Below are positions 39,067 to 51,786 of a DNA stretch of 64,000 bases, piece after piece; position 1 is the stretch's first letter; the number at the start of each line of letters is the position of its first letter. The position numbers were made by a program, and so were the translations under genes. The notes under the pieces are model-generated. The model had not been told where the DNA came from. It was given only the letters and a program-made list of their open reading frames with translations, and did not search any database. Origin of the DNA: Octopus sinensis (taxonomy: Eukaryota). The stretch spans positions 14,818,001 to 14,882,000 of the forward strand of contig NC_043010.1 of the NCBI RefSeq assembly GCF_006345805.1, in the 5' to 3' direction.

Positions 39067-39428
39067 GATAAAGCAGGAATGGTCACTGCTTTTTCAGTAT
39101 GATGACGTACAGGAAGTACCACGTCCTAGACCTCCCGGTTTGCTGACTAGTTTCAGCTGCACTTATTTAGTTGTTCAATCGAATCATAGTGTATTTGGCA
39201 TTGCTGTTGTTTTTTCAGGTGCTGTCTTAATTATTTCCAGGACACCGGCTGCTTTTCACCTGAATTACAGAAACATCTTCAACATTTCAAGTCTCAAATT
39301 TGAAAACGTGGTTTGTTAGTTTTCCTTTCAGGATACTAAGGTTCAGAGATTTCACTGGGCTGAATTCCATAGGTTGCCATTCAGCCATTTTCTCTTGTAA
39401 GCTCAAGATACGCCATACTAGGTTTGAG

Positions 39429-39810
39429 GTGGAGGCGCAATGGCCCAGTGGTTAGGGCAGCGGACTCGCGGTCGTAGGATCGCGGTTTCGATTCCCAGAC
39501 CGGGCGTTGTGAGTGTTTATTGAGCGAAAACACCTAAAGCTCCACGAGGCTCCGGCAGGGATGGTGGTGAGCCCTGCTGTACTCTTTCACCACAACTTTC
39601 TCTCACTCTTACTTCCTGCTTCTGTTGTACCTGTATTTCAAAGGGCCGGCCTTGTCACTCTCTGTGTCACGCTGAATATCCCCGAGAACTAGGTTAAGGG
39701 CACAAGTGTCTGTGGAGTGCTCAGCCACTTACACGTTAATTTCACGAGCAAGCTGTTCCGTTGATTCGGATCAACCGGAACCCTCGTCGTCGTAACCGAC
39801 GGAGTGCTTC
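39429..39810 (+). mobile_element. SINE family A, with TSD
   Basis: TSD catactaggtttgag (39414-39428 and 39811-39825). Confidence 0.95.
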
Positions 39811-39859
39811 CATACTAGGTTTGAGATAACTTGCCAAGTGGAAATAGAATAGTTGACTA

Positions 39860-40320
39860 ACCCGGTGATATACAGTTCTTATATAACCTGATGACTGAGA
39901 TACGGCCATTAGAAAGTGAAGTTACATGCAATTCTTAGATAATTCAATGACTGGATGGTATGACTTTTAAATAACGATTTGAATTTACAATTCTGACATT
40001 CTTAGATAATTTAGTGAGCGAAGATAGATCAGTTGTAAAACTTAGTGAGATAACGATTCTTATGTAACCTGGTGAGTGATGCACACCTCTTTAATAACAC
40101 GGTAAACGAGATATGATGCTCAGACACCCTGGTGAGTGAGGTATGATACTTAATTAACGTGGCTGAGGAATTAAATTCGATCCTTAAATAACTGTGTAAA
40201 TCAAATTCTGCTGTTTACTAAACGGAGTGAGGAAGATATGATAGTTTGATAATTCGGTGAGTGAAATAGGCACTTTGAATAACATGGCGCGTGAAATGCG
40301 ATTATTAAGTGTTATACTGG
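39860..40320. repeat. Highly degenerate ~30-bp minisatellite
   Basis: Recurring ggtgagtga(g)ata, ttcttagataa and ataac motifs at roughly regular spacing. The period was estimated by eye. Confidence 0.5.
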
Positions 40321-40925
40321 TATAGAGGGAGGTGAAGACGGGTGGCTGTGCTGCTAATAAAATTGTAATTATAATTAAATCAGTAATTATCTCAAGGTGG
40401 TTGATTTTAATAACTCTCCGGGTGAAAGTGAGCGAAGAAGTCGGAACGGGAGAGAAGTGGAGAAAAGATGTAAGAAGGAAGAAGGGAACAAGGAATGAAG
40501 ACAGGGGAGAGGAAGAGTGAGAGTCATAGAAATAAAGAAGAAGATTGAAAAAGAGAGGGGTGGAAAGGGGGTGGGCTGGAGAGAGAGAGACAAAGATGGA
40601 GAGGAAAACGGAGGAAGCTAAGAGAGTGACAGTGAGTTAGAGAGATGGTGGTGGTGGAGCCTAGATATTGTAGATTGGATAGCGGTGTTAGTATCAGTGT
40701 TGTGAATACGGAGGTATAGCAGATGATATTGGGGTTGATGGTGGTAGTTGTGATGGTGGTAGTGGGGGGTGGGTGGCCATATGATATGATTGCACATGCG
40801 GTTTAACCTCAGATCTAATCCAAATCCAGGTGATCTCTGATCGATGGCATTCTAGTCGCTACCATTTCGATTGATTTACTTATTTCTAGACGTAATATAT
40901 ATTTAGGACTTATCTTATACACTTA

Positions 40926-41125
40926 TACTCTTTTACTTGTTCCAGTCGTTTGACTGCGGCTATGCTGGAGCACCGCCTTTAGTCGAGCAAATCGACCCTA
41001 GGACTTATACGTTGTAAGCCTAGTACTTATTCTATCGGTTTCTTTTGCCGAACCGCTAAGTTACGGGGACGTAAACACACCAGCATTGGTAGTCAAGCGA
41101 TGTTGGGGGGACAAACACATACACA

Positions 41126-41177
<52 letters not shown>

Positions 41178-41352
41178 TATACATATATACGACGGGCTTC
41201 TTTCGGCTTCCGTCTACCAAATCCACTCACAAGGCTTTGGTCAGCCCGAGGCTATAGTAGAAGACACTTGGCCAGGGTGCCACGCAGTGGGAATGAACCC
41301 GGAACCATGTGGTTGGTAAGCAAGCTACTTACCACACAGCCACTCCTGCGCT
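40926..41352 (-). mobile_element. SINE family C
   Basis: Full-length match. Confidence 0.9.
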
Positions 41353-41477
41353 TATATATGCACTTCTTTTCAAAGACAGACAGATACAATTTCAAGAAAA
41401 ATTTGGCTGCTGTGTCTAGCATACAGAATGACTTGCTAGAAGTGTTTTTTAATGGCTTGTTGTTATATATGCTATAT

Positions 41478-41751
41478 GAAGACGCGTGGCTTAGTGTTTA
41501 AGATATTCGGCTCACGCTCCTAAGGTCGTGAGTTCAATTCTCGGCGACGCGTTTGTGTCCTTGAGCAGGACACTTTATTTCACGTTGCTCCAATTTACTC
41601 ACCTTGCAAAAATGAGACGTACCTGTATTTCAAAGGACCAGCCTTCTCCCATTCTGTGTGTCACGCTGAATCTCCCTAAGAATTACGCTACTTGCTGTTC
41701 CGTTGATCAGATTAAATGGAATCCTCATCGTCTTAACAGACGGAGTGCCAC
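41478..41751 (+). mobile_element. Mosaic SINE: tRNA head plus CORE-like body plus family A tail
   Basis: tgtgtccttgagcaggacacttt (CORE-like), then gtacctgtatttcaaagg...gtcacgctgaat...gacggagtgc shared with family A. Confidence 0.7.
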
Positions 41752-41833
41752 TTATGTATGCTGTATCGTCCTGCTGATGTTGTGGGTTTATAATTGTACT
41801 AATGTGTATTACCATACAGTGTATGCTAACATG

Positions 41834-42220
41834 GTGGAGGCGCAATGGCCCAGTGGTAAGGGCAGCGGACTCGCGGTCATAGGATCGCGGTTTCGATTCC
41901 CAGATCGGGCGTTGTGAGTGTTTATTGAGCGAAAACACCTAAAAGCTCCACGAGGCTCCGGCAGGGGATGGTGGTGATCCCTGCTGTATTCTTTCACCAC
42001 AACTTTCTCTCACTCTTACTTCCTGTTTCTGTTGTACCTGCATTTCAAAGGGCCGGCCTTGTCACTTTCTGTGTCACGCTGAATATCCCCGAGAACTACG
42101 TTAAGGGTACACGTGTCTGTGGAGTGCTCAGTCACTTGCACGTTAATTTCACGAGCAGGCTGTTCCGTTGATTCGGATCAACCGGAATCCTCATCGTCGT
42201 TACCGACGGAGTGCTTCCAC
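41834..42220 (+). mobile_element. SINE family A, with TSD
   Basis: TSD atgctaacatg (41823-41833 and 42221-42231). Confidence 0.95.
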
Positions 42221-42948
42221 ATGCTAACATGACTTGTTAACATTCTTGTACCTGTCATTTAAACGATGCGATGAAGGGAAAAAATAACTCAGGGATAAAG
42301 ATATAATAGTGCTTCATATACTAATCACCCGAGATTATTCAAGCATTTACTTGACAAAAACTCCATCTGAAGTTGTTTAAAAACTAAAAGCAGCAAACAT
42401 AAAATACCTGGTATAAGATCAGATATTTTTTGATCGATTCGGGTGGCCCTTATTAATTTTCATGTGATTTCATGCGCAAACACACACACACACACCACAC
42501 ACACACACACACACGTACACGCACCTACTTCCACCCATATAAATATGTCTTTATGTATGTACAGACACACTTGCATACACATTCACATAAACACATGCAC
42601 GGGGACATGCAAACACATTAATCTACACACAGACACACACACACAATGTTATTGTGATTACGGTTGTTTTGGATACAGTACATGTTGCAATTGTTTGTGT
42701 TGTCGTAAGAGTTGTTATTGTTGCTACGCCTGTTATTACTATAATCCGTGAAACTTTTACAGTTGATGTTAATGTTATTGTAGCGTTGGTAAGCGAGGCG
42801 AAATTGCTTCACTGATGAGGGCTAATAAATCCGAAAGATGTACATTACTTTGACCATATTACTTCAAAGAACATCCACCAAAATGTTTCTATCTACGGAT
42901 TTTAGAGTTGACTCCTTTGTTTTTCTTAAAGTGAATTTAGTAATAAAG

Positions 42949-43472
42949 CACCGTAAATCCTCGAGTATAGCCCGCCCTTGAGTATAATACGCAGGGGATT
43001 GTTAGGGAGCTGTACCTCTGAAAAAACTAAACCTTGTGTATAATACACACCCCTTCTCTAACTTGAGTCAAGGAGGTCTATATAACGTGCTTAGTTTGTA
43101 AAACTGTATACGGTAACGTCCTTTATTATTATTGTATATATAAGATAATGCAAACGTGTAGCTTTCTTGTGCATTTTGTTTGCAGAAAATTAAGAAATAA
43201 CAGTAATAACAGTAATAACGTTTAATAAATGTTCCTTATTGCAAGTTATGGATGATTCTTTTATGACTTCATTGCTTTCAGGCTTAGCTTAAGGTATTTT
43301 CGTGCCCGACATCACAAAATGCGTCTGAATAAACATTGCCGGGCAGAAAATAGAGACTCAGACATTGCTAGAAAATAATTTTCATTTTTCACCTCGTATA
43401 TAGTACGCACTAGGGATTTTGACATTTAAATTTTGGGGAAAAGATGCGGATTATACACGAGGATTTACGGTA
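42949..43472. mobile_element. pogo/Tigger-type MITE
   Basis: TIRs caccgtaaatcctcgagtatagcccgc and gcggattatacacgaggatttacggta. Confidence 0.8.
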
Positions 43473-43614
43473 AGTAAAGTAGATTTTCAAAGGAAGTTCT
43501 ATCTACAAACCGTATGGATAATCTCAGTAGCTCGAATTTTATCATCTCTCTATATTTTTACTTATATAGGACTTATATATCTGCCATATTCTTTACAGAT
43601 TTAACTTTTTACCT

Positions 43615-43990
43615 ATTAGTCTTTTACCTTGTATTTGATTCAGCCATTATATTGCCACCATATTGGGGCACAGCCTTCAAGAACTTTAGTCGACCGAATC
43701 GATCCCAGTACATTTTCTTTAAAGCCCGATACATACCCGATCGGTCTCTTTTGCAAGGCCGTAAACACACCAGCACCAATTGTCGAGTAGTAGTGATTGT
43801 GGTGAGAGACAAACAGACAGACGCACACATGCGACAGGGTTATTTTAGTTTCCTCCTACCAAGTACACACACAAGGCTTTGGTCGGCTGGAGGCTATAGT
43901 AGAAGACACTTAACTGAGGTTCCACTACGTGGGACTGAACGCGGAACCATGTGATTGGAGAGTAAACTTCTTACCACGCAGCCACACCTG
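43615..43990 (-). mobile_element. SINE family C (diverged)
   Basis: caaggctttggtcgg...tagtagaagacact...gggactgaac. Confidence 0.75.
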
Positions 43991-44801
43991 AATCGATGTT
44001 AAAAAATGTTTAACTCGACATATTTTTCTTTTGTTGTTGTTGTTGTTGTTGTTGTTACTGAAACACATCGAAATAGATTTTGCATCTGTTGCCAATTCTC
44101 CTCCCCTCCCGACCCTAGATTTTTCTTTCTGTTTTTTTTTTCTTTTTTTTTTTTAAACTTTTGTCAGTCATCAGATGTTCATACTAAACAGCAGCCATAT
44201 CACATCTATCTGACCAACAAGCCGCTCCGGAAGAATCCTAGAAAGTCATGGCCGCCTACACTGCGACATTACTAAATAAATAAATAAATAACTATATATA
44301 AATGAATAAATAAATAAATACATATAAATCAGATTGGTGGAGGTCACGGAGGAGAGTCAATAATTGGTTGACTTCAGTGTGTACTTTACATCAAAATATC
44401 ACAAGTAGAATATATCATCTTTTTTTTCTTCCCTCTTTCATTTCTTTTTCATCTCTTATATCCTTCTCTCTTTTACAATATCGATCTTTCACACGTCTTG
44501 CATCATCCCATTCACAGCAAATCTTCATGCATGGATGCACTGTAAATCACAAAATTTTAAATTGCAAACTCATTTGATATAATAACCCATTAACTATAAC
44601 CTGTTTGCATCTAGTGAACTCTTAAGGTAATCTCTAAAGCTTTTGTTGTTGTTGTTGATATTGTTGTTGCAGCTCTTACCGTCGTCGTCGTTGTCACCCA
44701 TGTAGTCGTTACAGTTCTTTATTTTGTTAAAATTCATGCTGTTGTTATTGTCAATACAGTTGTTTTTTTTTAATGCATGTTGTTGTTTTTGTTACAGGTG
44801 T

Positions 44802-45502
44802 GGAATCTTTTCCTTTTGAACGGCAGTTTTCAACACAATTTCTAGTTAACTAAACACTTTTAAACTTCGTATACTGGTAGAATGTGTCAAAATAAAACAT
44901 TTTTTTTCTTTTGGCTTTCTTGAGAAAATTGTAATTTGTAAGTTTAACGTAGTTTAATTTTTCGAATTTTAACCAATCGATGGCCTCTATTGAGCTAAAC
45001 TCATTTGCTGCGTCTAAAACTGAGACAACATCCTGTCACTAACCCTAACCCTAACCCTAACCCTAATTTTTAGCCTTTCGTTTTTTTTCTTAATTGTTAT
45101 CCTTAAATTAATCTAAAAATTAAGAAAAAAAAGTCGAAAGGCTAAAACGAAAGCAAAAATTCAAAACAAAAACAAAACGAATAATTTTAGACACACGCGT
45201 AACAATTAAATTAATTTAACAATTAATAAAAAAAAACGAAAGGCTAAAATTTAGGGTTAGGGTTAGTGACAGGATGTTGTCTCATTTTTAGACGCAGCAA
45301 ATGATTTTAGCTCTATAGAGGCCATCGATTGGTTAAAGTTCGAAAAATTAAAGTACGTTAAACTTACAAATTACAATTTTCTCAAGAAAGCCTAGAGAAA
45401 AAAACGTTTTATTTTGACAGATTCTACCAGTATACGAAGTTTAAAAGTGTTTAGTTAACTAGAAATTGTGTTGAAAACTGCCGTTCAAAAGGAAAAGATC
45501 CC
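44802..45502. mobile_element. 701-bp fold-back MITE with ~290-bp TIRs containing telomere-type repeats
   Basis: Arms start ggaatcttttccttttgaacggcag and end ctgccgttcaaaaggaaaagatccc. Candidate TSD aggtgt (44796-44801 and 45503-45508). (CCCTAA)4 at about 45043-45066 and (TTAGGG)2 at about 45251-45262. Confidence 0.9.
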
Positions 45503-45624
45503 AGGTGTGTTGTAAATGTTATTGCTGGTATAGTTGTTGTTATCGCCATAACCGAATGTATTGTTGTTTTTGTTGTTGTTGTTGTTACACACGCCTCCCT
45601 AATACAACGTACTGGCAGAATACA

Positions 45625-45990
45625 CATGTATACTTGGTGGAACAGATAAAGGGCTTCAAGGATACACTCAAAGCCTCATTGAAGAGCTTTGAGACCAACC
45701 CCGACAACCAGGAAGCACATGTGCAAAACCATCCTGCCTGGCGGAATGGTACCAGTAGAGACGCAAACCTCCTACGACAAGAACAGGTTGGGAAGGGCAG
45801 AAAGAAAACGCGAACTGCGCAATTCCAGAGCCATCTCCTTGCCTACACCCCCGTAAACCCCCAGTGCCTGACCACCTGCAGAGCCTTCCGAGTATGCATT
45901 GGACTTATCGACCACAGCCGGACACTCCGTACCCAGTCTTCTTCTCCTATGTGATGTCCTTAGCCATCGTCGTCAACGATGGAGGAACGA
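45625..45990 (+). mobile_element. RTE-clade LINE 3' end
   Basis: FKDTLKASLKSF...HPAWR...CLTTCRAFRVCIGLIDHSRT, then tail catcgtcgtcaacgatggaggaacgaa. Confidence 0.78.
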
Positions 45991-46115
45991 ACGGAATTCT
46001 TTTTGTGTGACTACAGTTGATGTTATTGTTTTTGTTGTCACAGCTGTTGTTAGAACTGTTGTCTATATTGCGACAGTTGTACCTATAGTTTATGAATGTA
46101 TATATATATATATAT

Positions 46116-46496
46116 AGGCGCAGGAGTGGCTGAGTGGTAAGTAGCTTGCTTACCAACCACATGGTTCCGGGTTCAGTCCCACTGCGTGGCACCCTTGGGC
46201 AAGTGTCTTCTGCTATAGCCTCGGGCCGACCAATGCCTTGTGAGTGGATTTGGTAGACGGAAACTGAAAGAAGCCTGTCGTATATATGTATGTGTGTATA
46301 TGTTTGTGTGTCTGTGTTTGTCCCCCTAGCATTGGTGTGTTTACGTCCCCGTAACTCAGCGGTTCGGCAAAAGAGACCGATAGAATAAGTACTGGGCTTA
46401 CAAAGAATAAGTCCCGGGGTCGATTTGCTCGACTAAAGGCGGTGCTCCAGCATGGCCGCAGTCAAATGACTGAAACAAGTAAAAGAGTAAAAGAGT
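46116..46496 (+). mobile_element. SINE family C
   Basis: Full-length, aggcgcaggagtggctg to gaaacaagtaaaagagtaaaagagt. Confidence 0.92.
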
Positions 46497-46784
46497 ATAT
46501 AAATTAAAGTGAGGGTGAAAAATTGGATATTAATTTGATAACATCAATTTTAACACCAGTGGCCTAGCATATAAAAAAAACCTGAGGTTAAGTAAATAGT
46601 ATTACATACATATAAGGGTATTTACCACCATGTGGAAACCATTACACTAGAAGAAGATCCGATATGGTCTTACCACTAAGAATTGTTCTGTAGAAAATTT
46701 AGCAAACACCAGAAACGTAAGCAAGCAAGACAAGTGAAAAGTAACAAAAATATAGATTAATCATAAACAAATGTTTCACGGGCT

Positions 46785-46905
46785 TCTTTCAGTTTCCATC
46801 TAGCAAATCCACTCGCAAGACTTTGGTCGGCCCGAGGCTATAGTAGAAGACACTTAAACCCGGAAGCTTGTAGTTAGTTGGTAAGCAAGCTACTTACCAC
46901 ACAAC
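46785..46905 (-). mobile_element. SINE family C, 5' fragment with an internal deletion
   Basis: cacgggcttctttcagtttcc...cttaccacacaacc. Confidence 0.75.
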
Positions 46906-47115
46906 CATTGAGATCAATCGTTGTTGTTCTTGTAGCTATTGGTGTTAATAACGTTGATGTTGTTGTTGTTGTTGTTGTTGTTATCGTCGTTTGAGTCTTA
47001 ACATTAGTGGTTGTTGTCGCAGTTGCTGCTCTTCATATTTACACTACGCTTAATAACTTCTATCAGAATCGTTGTCACTACCGTCAGCTGATGCCTTAAT
47101 TGCTGTCCTTACAAA

Positions 47116-47151
<36 letters not shown>

Positions 47152-47454
47152 GTGGGACAATTTGCCAATAACCATTTCCAGTGACCTCGCTACATGCCAT
47201 TCAGATTTATCACACGCCATTTATTACATGCCTTTTATTACATACTATTTATTACATACACATAGCTCTATAGAAATCATAGCTCTATAGCAATTCAAGC
47301 GATGATTTCTTATTCTTCTGCTTCCTCATTCCGTCTCTCCTGCCTCAAACAGTTCTTCCGCTCTCTTCTCGCTTAGGCATTAATCTAAACATAACGTGTT
47401 CAGCATTCAAACACACACGTACATACTCTCTCACACACACATGCACTCAGAGAG

Positions 47455-47512
47455 AGTGATAGAGATAGATAGATAGGTAGATAGATAGATAGATAGATAG
47501 ATATATATATAT

Positions 47513-47552
<40 letters not shown>

Positions 47553-47570
47553 CGAGAGAGAGAGAGAGAA
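47455..47570. repeat. (GATA)n microsatellite
   Basis: Direct read. Confidence 0.92.
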
Positions 47571-47575
47571 AGATA

Positions 47576-48004
47576 GGTGGAGAGCTAGCAAAAATGTTAG
47601 CACGCCGGGCGAAGTGCTTAGTGGTATTTTGTCTGCCGCTACGTTCTGAGTTCAAATTCCGCCGAGGTCGACTTTGCCTTTCATCCTTTCGGGGTCGATT
47701 AAATAAGTACCAGTTACGCACTGGGGGTCGATATAATCGACTTAATCCGTATGTCTGTCTGTCCTTGTTTGTCTCCTCTGTGTCTAGCCCTTTGTGGGTA
47801 GTAAAGAAATAGGTATTTCGTCTGCCGTTACGTTCTGAGTTCAAATTCCGCCGAGGTCGACTTTGCCTTTCATCCTTTCGGCGTCGATTAAATAAGTACC
47901 AGTTAGGTACTGGGGTCGATATAATCGTCTTAATCCGTTTGTCTATCTGTCTGTCCTTGTTTGTCCCCTCTGTGTCTAGACCCTGGGCAGTAAAGATATA
48001 AGAA
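47576..48004 (+). mobile_element. SINE family D tandem dimer
   Basis: Second unit starts ggtatttcgtctgccg at 47812, directly after aaagaaata. Confidence 0.9.
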
Positions 48005-48289
48005 AGATAGATAGATTGGTAGATAGATAAAGAGAGAGGGAAACACAAACACACGAAGAGAAACACGTACAAATACACACACATAGAGATACGCAGACAC
48101 ACACACAGGCAGGCGCGCGCACACATACATGCACGCACGCACGCAAAAACACACATGCAGCGTAGACATGCGCACGCACACATATATGCACGCCACCCCA
48201 AACACAAACACACTTAAGATTGTCTTCTTTTTTTCTTTCTTTTTATTTATCTATCTTATTCGTTGTTGTTGCTCTTCCATCCACCGTCT

Positions 48290-48900
48290 ACCCTCCCTCA
48301 ACTAACCAGCAAACAAACAGCTAAAACTCGCCAGCTAATATCCACCAATCACATTGACCGTTAACATCAATCACCGACACCAATCGCCATCTCGAAGCCT
48401 CCAGCTACTAACCACTGATCACAACTAATCACGAAGCACTGACCACCAATCAGTAATCAGTAATCACTACTCATTAACCAGGCACCAAGCATTTACCACC
48501 AATCATCAGGAACCAACCACTAACAGCTGTACACTAGTAACTAACCGGCAGCCGCTATCATCAGTCATCAATCACAAGTCATCAATCACCACCGCTTGCC
48601 ACCCACTACCAAGCAACTATCAAAAACCACTTTCCACCAATGTCGATCACAAATAATCAGCTATCTATAACCAACCACCACTAAGTACGAATCATTAATC
48701 ATCAATCACTGTCAACCACCGATGAAACCACCGACCACAAGCGTAAATCACTTGCTACCTTCTACAAATCCGAACTTCTAAGCATCACTCACAACCCCCA
48801 AGCGTTAAACAGCAACTATTGGTCATGAACTACTAACTCCTAAACACAAAGTACCAGCTACTAACCACCAACCATTAACTAGTAATCAGTCACGTCTCTT
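48290..48900. repeat. Degenerate A/C-rich minisatellite-like region
   Basis: Recurring accaccaatca, ctactaacca and aatcatcaatcac motifs. Confidence 0.55.
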
Positions 48901-49251
48901 AACTACTAGCCAATTTTATTACGTACCATTTATTATATAAGCAGTACTCTAGAAATTATTGAACTACGGACAATATATTATTCTTTCTTGTTGTTCTTTT
49001 TAGTGAAAACCATAATTTTAAACAGAGTTTATTATGTTAACCGAAACCACTTAAAGTGAGTGCTTCAATTCAGTTGTGTACAATTGAAAATTAGTGTCTT
49101 ACTATTTAACCGTGCAAATTTCTTTGTAATCTAAATTGTAATATAAAACTGCTATACTTCAATACAAGCAGCACACCGACGTCATTTGACGTGATACAAT
49201 GCTTCTTGAATAGTTTGAAATATATATTTTAGTAGCGGTTAAATGCTAACG

Positions 49252-49545
49252 AAGACTGTGTGGCGAAGAAGCTCGCTTTGTGACCTTGTGGTTTCGGGTT
49301 CAGTCCCATGGATGAAGCGCTTTGAGCAAGTTGACCCAGGATTTCTACAAAACCAATGTTTTGCAAAGTGAATTAGGTAGATGGAAACTGAGTGGAAGCC
49401 CGTCTTATGTGTGTGTGTGTGTGTGTGAGTGTATACGTTTGTGCTTGGGCTTGTCCCTACCATCGCTTGACAGTCAGTGTTAGTTTGTTCACATGTCTGT
49501 AAAAGCAGTTCGGTAAAAGAACCGATATAATAAGCACCTAACATA
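49252..49545 (+). mobile_element. SINE family C (strongly diverged)
   Basis: gggttcagtcccatgg...gatggaaactgagtggaagcccgtc...gcagttcggtaaaagaaccgat. Confidence 0.65.
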
Positions 49546-49550
49546 AACGG

Positions 49551-49906
49551 GTTAAGTCTACTATATCGACGCCAGTGCGTAACTAGTACTTAATTTATCG
49601 ACCCCGAAAGGATGAAAGGCAAAGTCGACCTCGGCGGAATTTGAACTCAGAACGTAGCGGCAGACGAAATACCTATTTCTTTACTACCCACAAGGGGCTA
49701 CACACAGAGAGGACAAAAACAAGGACAGACAAAGGGATTAAGTCGATTATATCGACCCCAGTGCGTAACTGGTACTTATTTAATCGACCCTGAAAGGATG
49801 AAAGGCAAAGTCGACCTCGGCGGAATTTGAACTCAGAACGTAGTGGCAGACGAAATACGGCTACGCATTTCGCCCGGCGTGCTAACGTTTCTGCCAGCTC
49901 GCCGCC
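49551..49906 (-). mobile_element. SINE family D tandem dimer (second unit incomplete)
   Basis: Minus-strand junction aaagaaata|ggtatttcgtctgccg at 49673/49674. Confidence 0.9.
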
Positions 49907-50131
49907 TTGGTGCCACCTTATTTGATTAACCCTTCAAAGCCGTGTCCCAGCATGTCACAGTTCAATGAGTGAAACAAATGCAAGATAATACAAATAAAAA
50001 TATTATCTTTCAGTGTGGGCGTATGTATTATCTTACAGGGTGGGTGTATATTTTGAATCTGATCCATAAAACATACGAAAAGGTAGCATGTAGAATCCAG
50101 CATGACGATAAGCAAATGCACTTGATAAAAA

Positions 50132-50519
50132 TCTCTCTACATATAAACGGCAGTTTGTCTGTCTGCGTGTCTGTGTGTCTGTTAGGTTGTACCCTCACCC
50201 TGACCACGGCTTTCAACCGATTCTGATGAAACTTGACACACACATAGCCCAATGTCATAATTCAAAACTAACGCAGCGAAAATTTTGAAAAGTTCCCCCA
50301 GTTCTGAAAAAAAATCGATAAATTCGACATGGGGTCGAGAATCAGAAACGCAAACCACAGACTGTCTAGGGGACGCAACTCGACCTTTTTTAACTCTCAA
50401 AAAAAAAATTTACCATAATTTTTTTTCAATTTTTTTGCTATTTTTTGGCTATAACTCTCTAAAAATGCTTTATAGTTATTTCCCTTACAAACCCGAGCAA
50501 CGCCGGGCGATACTGCTAG
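50132..50519 (+). mobile_element. Non-autonomous Helitron
   Basis: A|TCTCTCTACATATAAA 5' end. 3' hairpin cccgagcaacgccggg followed by CTAG|T. No TSD. Confidence 0.85.
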
Positions 50520-51208
50520 TGGTAATATAAAACTGAGTCAGATATTATTCATCTTGTCTTGCAAAATAAAATCAACGACAAACAAACGATAAATGTACAC
50601 GAGAGGAATTTGTTTCTAAACTGCATGCATATATAAAGCCACACTACTCAAAATCGAAACCCCGACAATATTTTCGTTTAAATGATTTGTAGGACAATGT
50701 AAGGTATACTTGCCATCTCAATATGACTAACCACTAAGGGTGGGTGTTACTGTAGCTTGTAGCCCCAGGAGAACATCGTCTCCAGCTGGCTTTAGGCAAA
50801 CTTTCTGTGTCCTTATGGTATTTGCAAAGGGAGGTCATCCCTCCCTCGTCAACTTAAGTGATACGCACGGACTGCAGTTTCTAGGTATTGACCTGTCATC
50901 GGCGTACGACAATCACCGGTTTTCGATGAAGGGATGTCCCAATGCAAATACTTTTATCGTTTTTCTTGTAACTTTTCATCATTGATTTCGAAAAACTGTC
51001 TGCAAGCAATAATAAACCTCTAAACGAGGTATAAACAGTAACTGCACGACAATGTAGGAGTAAATCTGATATCGAAGTAACTTCGAGTATCAACAGACTT
51101 GCTGACTTAGGAAGATTTGTTCTTGAAGCCACAAAGATATCAGAACTAGGAATATACACAATAAAAAAGATATAAGATACAAAGAAGTTCAGATAAATGT
51201 TACAGCAT

Positions 51209-51625
51209 AGGCGCAGGAATGGCTGTGTGGTAAGTAGCTTGCTTACCAACCACATGGTTCCGGGTTCAGTCCCACTGCGTGGCACCTTGGCCAAGTGTCC
51301 TCTACTATAGCCTCGGGCCAATCAAAGCCTTGTGAGTGGATTTGGTAGACGGAAACTGAAAGAAAGCCGTCGTATATATGTATATATATATGTGTGTGTG
51401 TGTGTGTTTGTGTGTCTGTTTGTCCCCCCAACATCGCTTGACTACCGATGCTGGTGTGTTTACGTCCCCCGTAACTTAGCGGTTCGGCAAAAGAGACCGA
51501 TAGAATAAGTACTAGGCTTACAAAGGATAAGTCCTGGGGGTCGATTTGCTCGACTAAAGGCGGTGCTCCAGCATGGCCGCAGTCAAATGACTGAAACAAG
51601 TAAAATAGTAAAAGGGTAAAAGAGT
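51209..51625 (+). mobile_element. SINE family C
   Basis: Full-length match. Confidence 0.92.
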
Positions 51626-51786
51626 AATGCAAATTGATTAAAAATAAATAAATAAAAGCAACTAATATAAAAGAACACTTGAAGCAAGAATCGACCGGCA
51701 TGGAAGCGACAACGTGTATTTGAAATGAACGTAATCAGTTCAATTTTAAACCAGAACGAGTTATTGAAAATAGGGCAAAAACTATA

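Larger units (their letters stand above)
38330..39840 (-). mobile_element. Decayed HERO-like (RLE) LINE RT fragment, split by two SINEs and a minisatellite
   Basis: Minus strand WRILSLQEKMAEWQPMEFSPVKSLNLSILKGK (about 39410), then PFLLY|DLPMSQ-EAIERMFAKFMRSWLGVPPVFSSFNLY...LPFLSVVQELKATK. Clade is assigned from memory. Confidence 0.65.

Noticed and set aside
45039-45266. True telomere or chromosome-fusion site
   Set aside because: There are only 2-4 hexamers, embedded symmetrically in MITE TIRs, and the polarity is opposite to a TTAGGG-CCCTAA fusion.
50740-50960. Possible HDV-like ribozyme (ggtca...ccctcgtc...tgacc)
   Set aside because: A P2-like pairing and an L3-like motif are visible, but P1 and P3 could not be formed.
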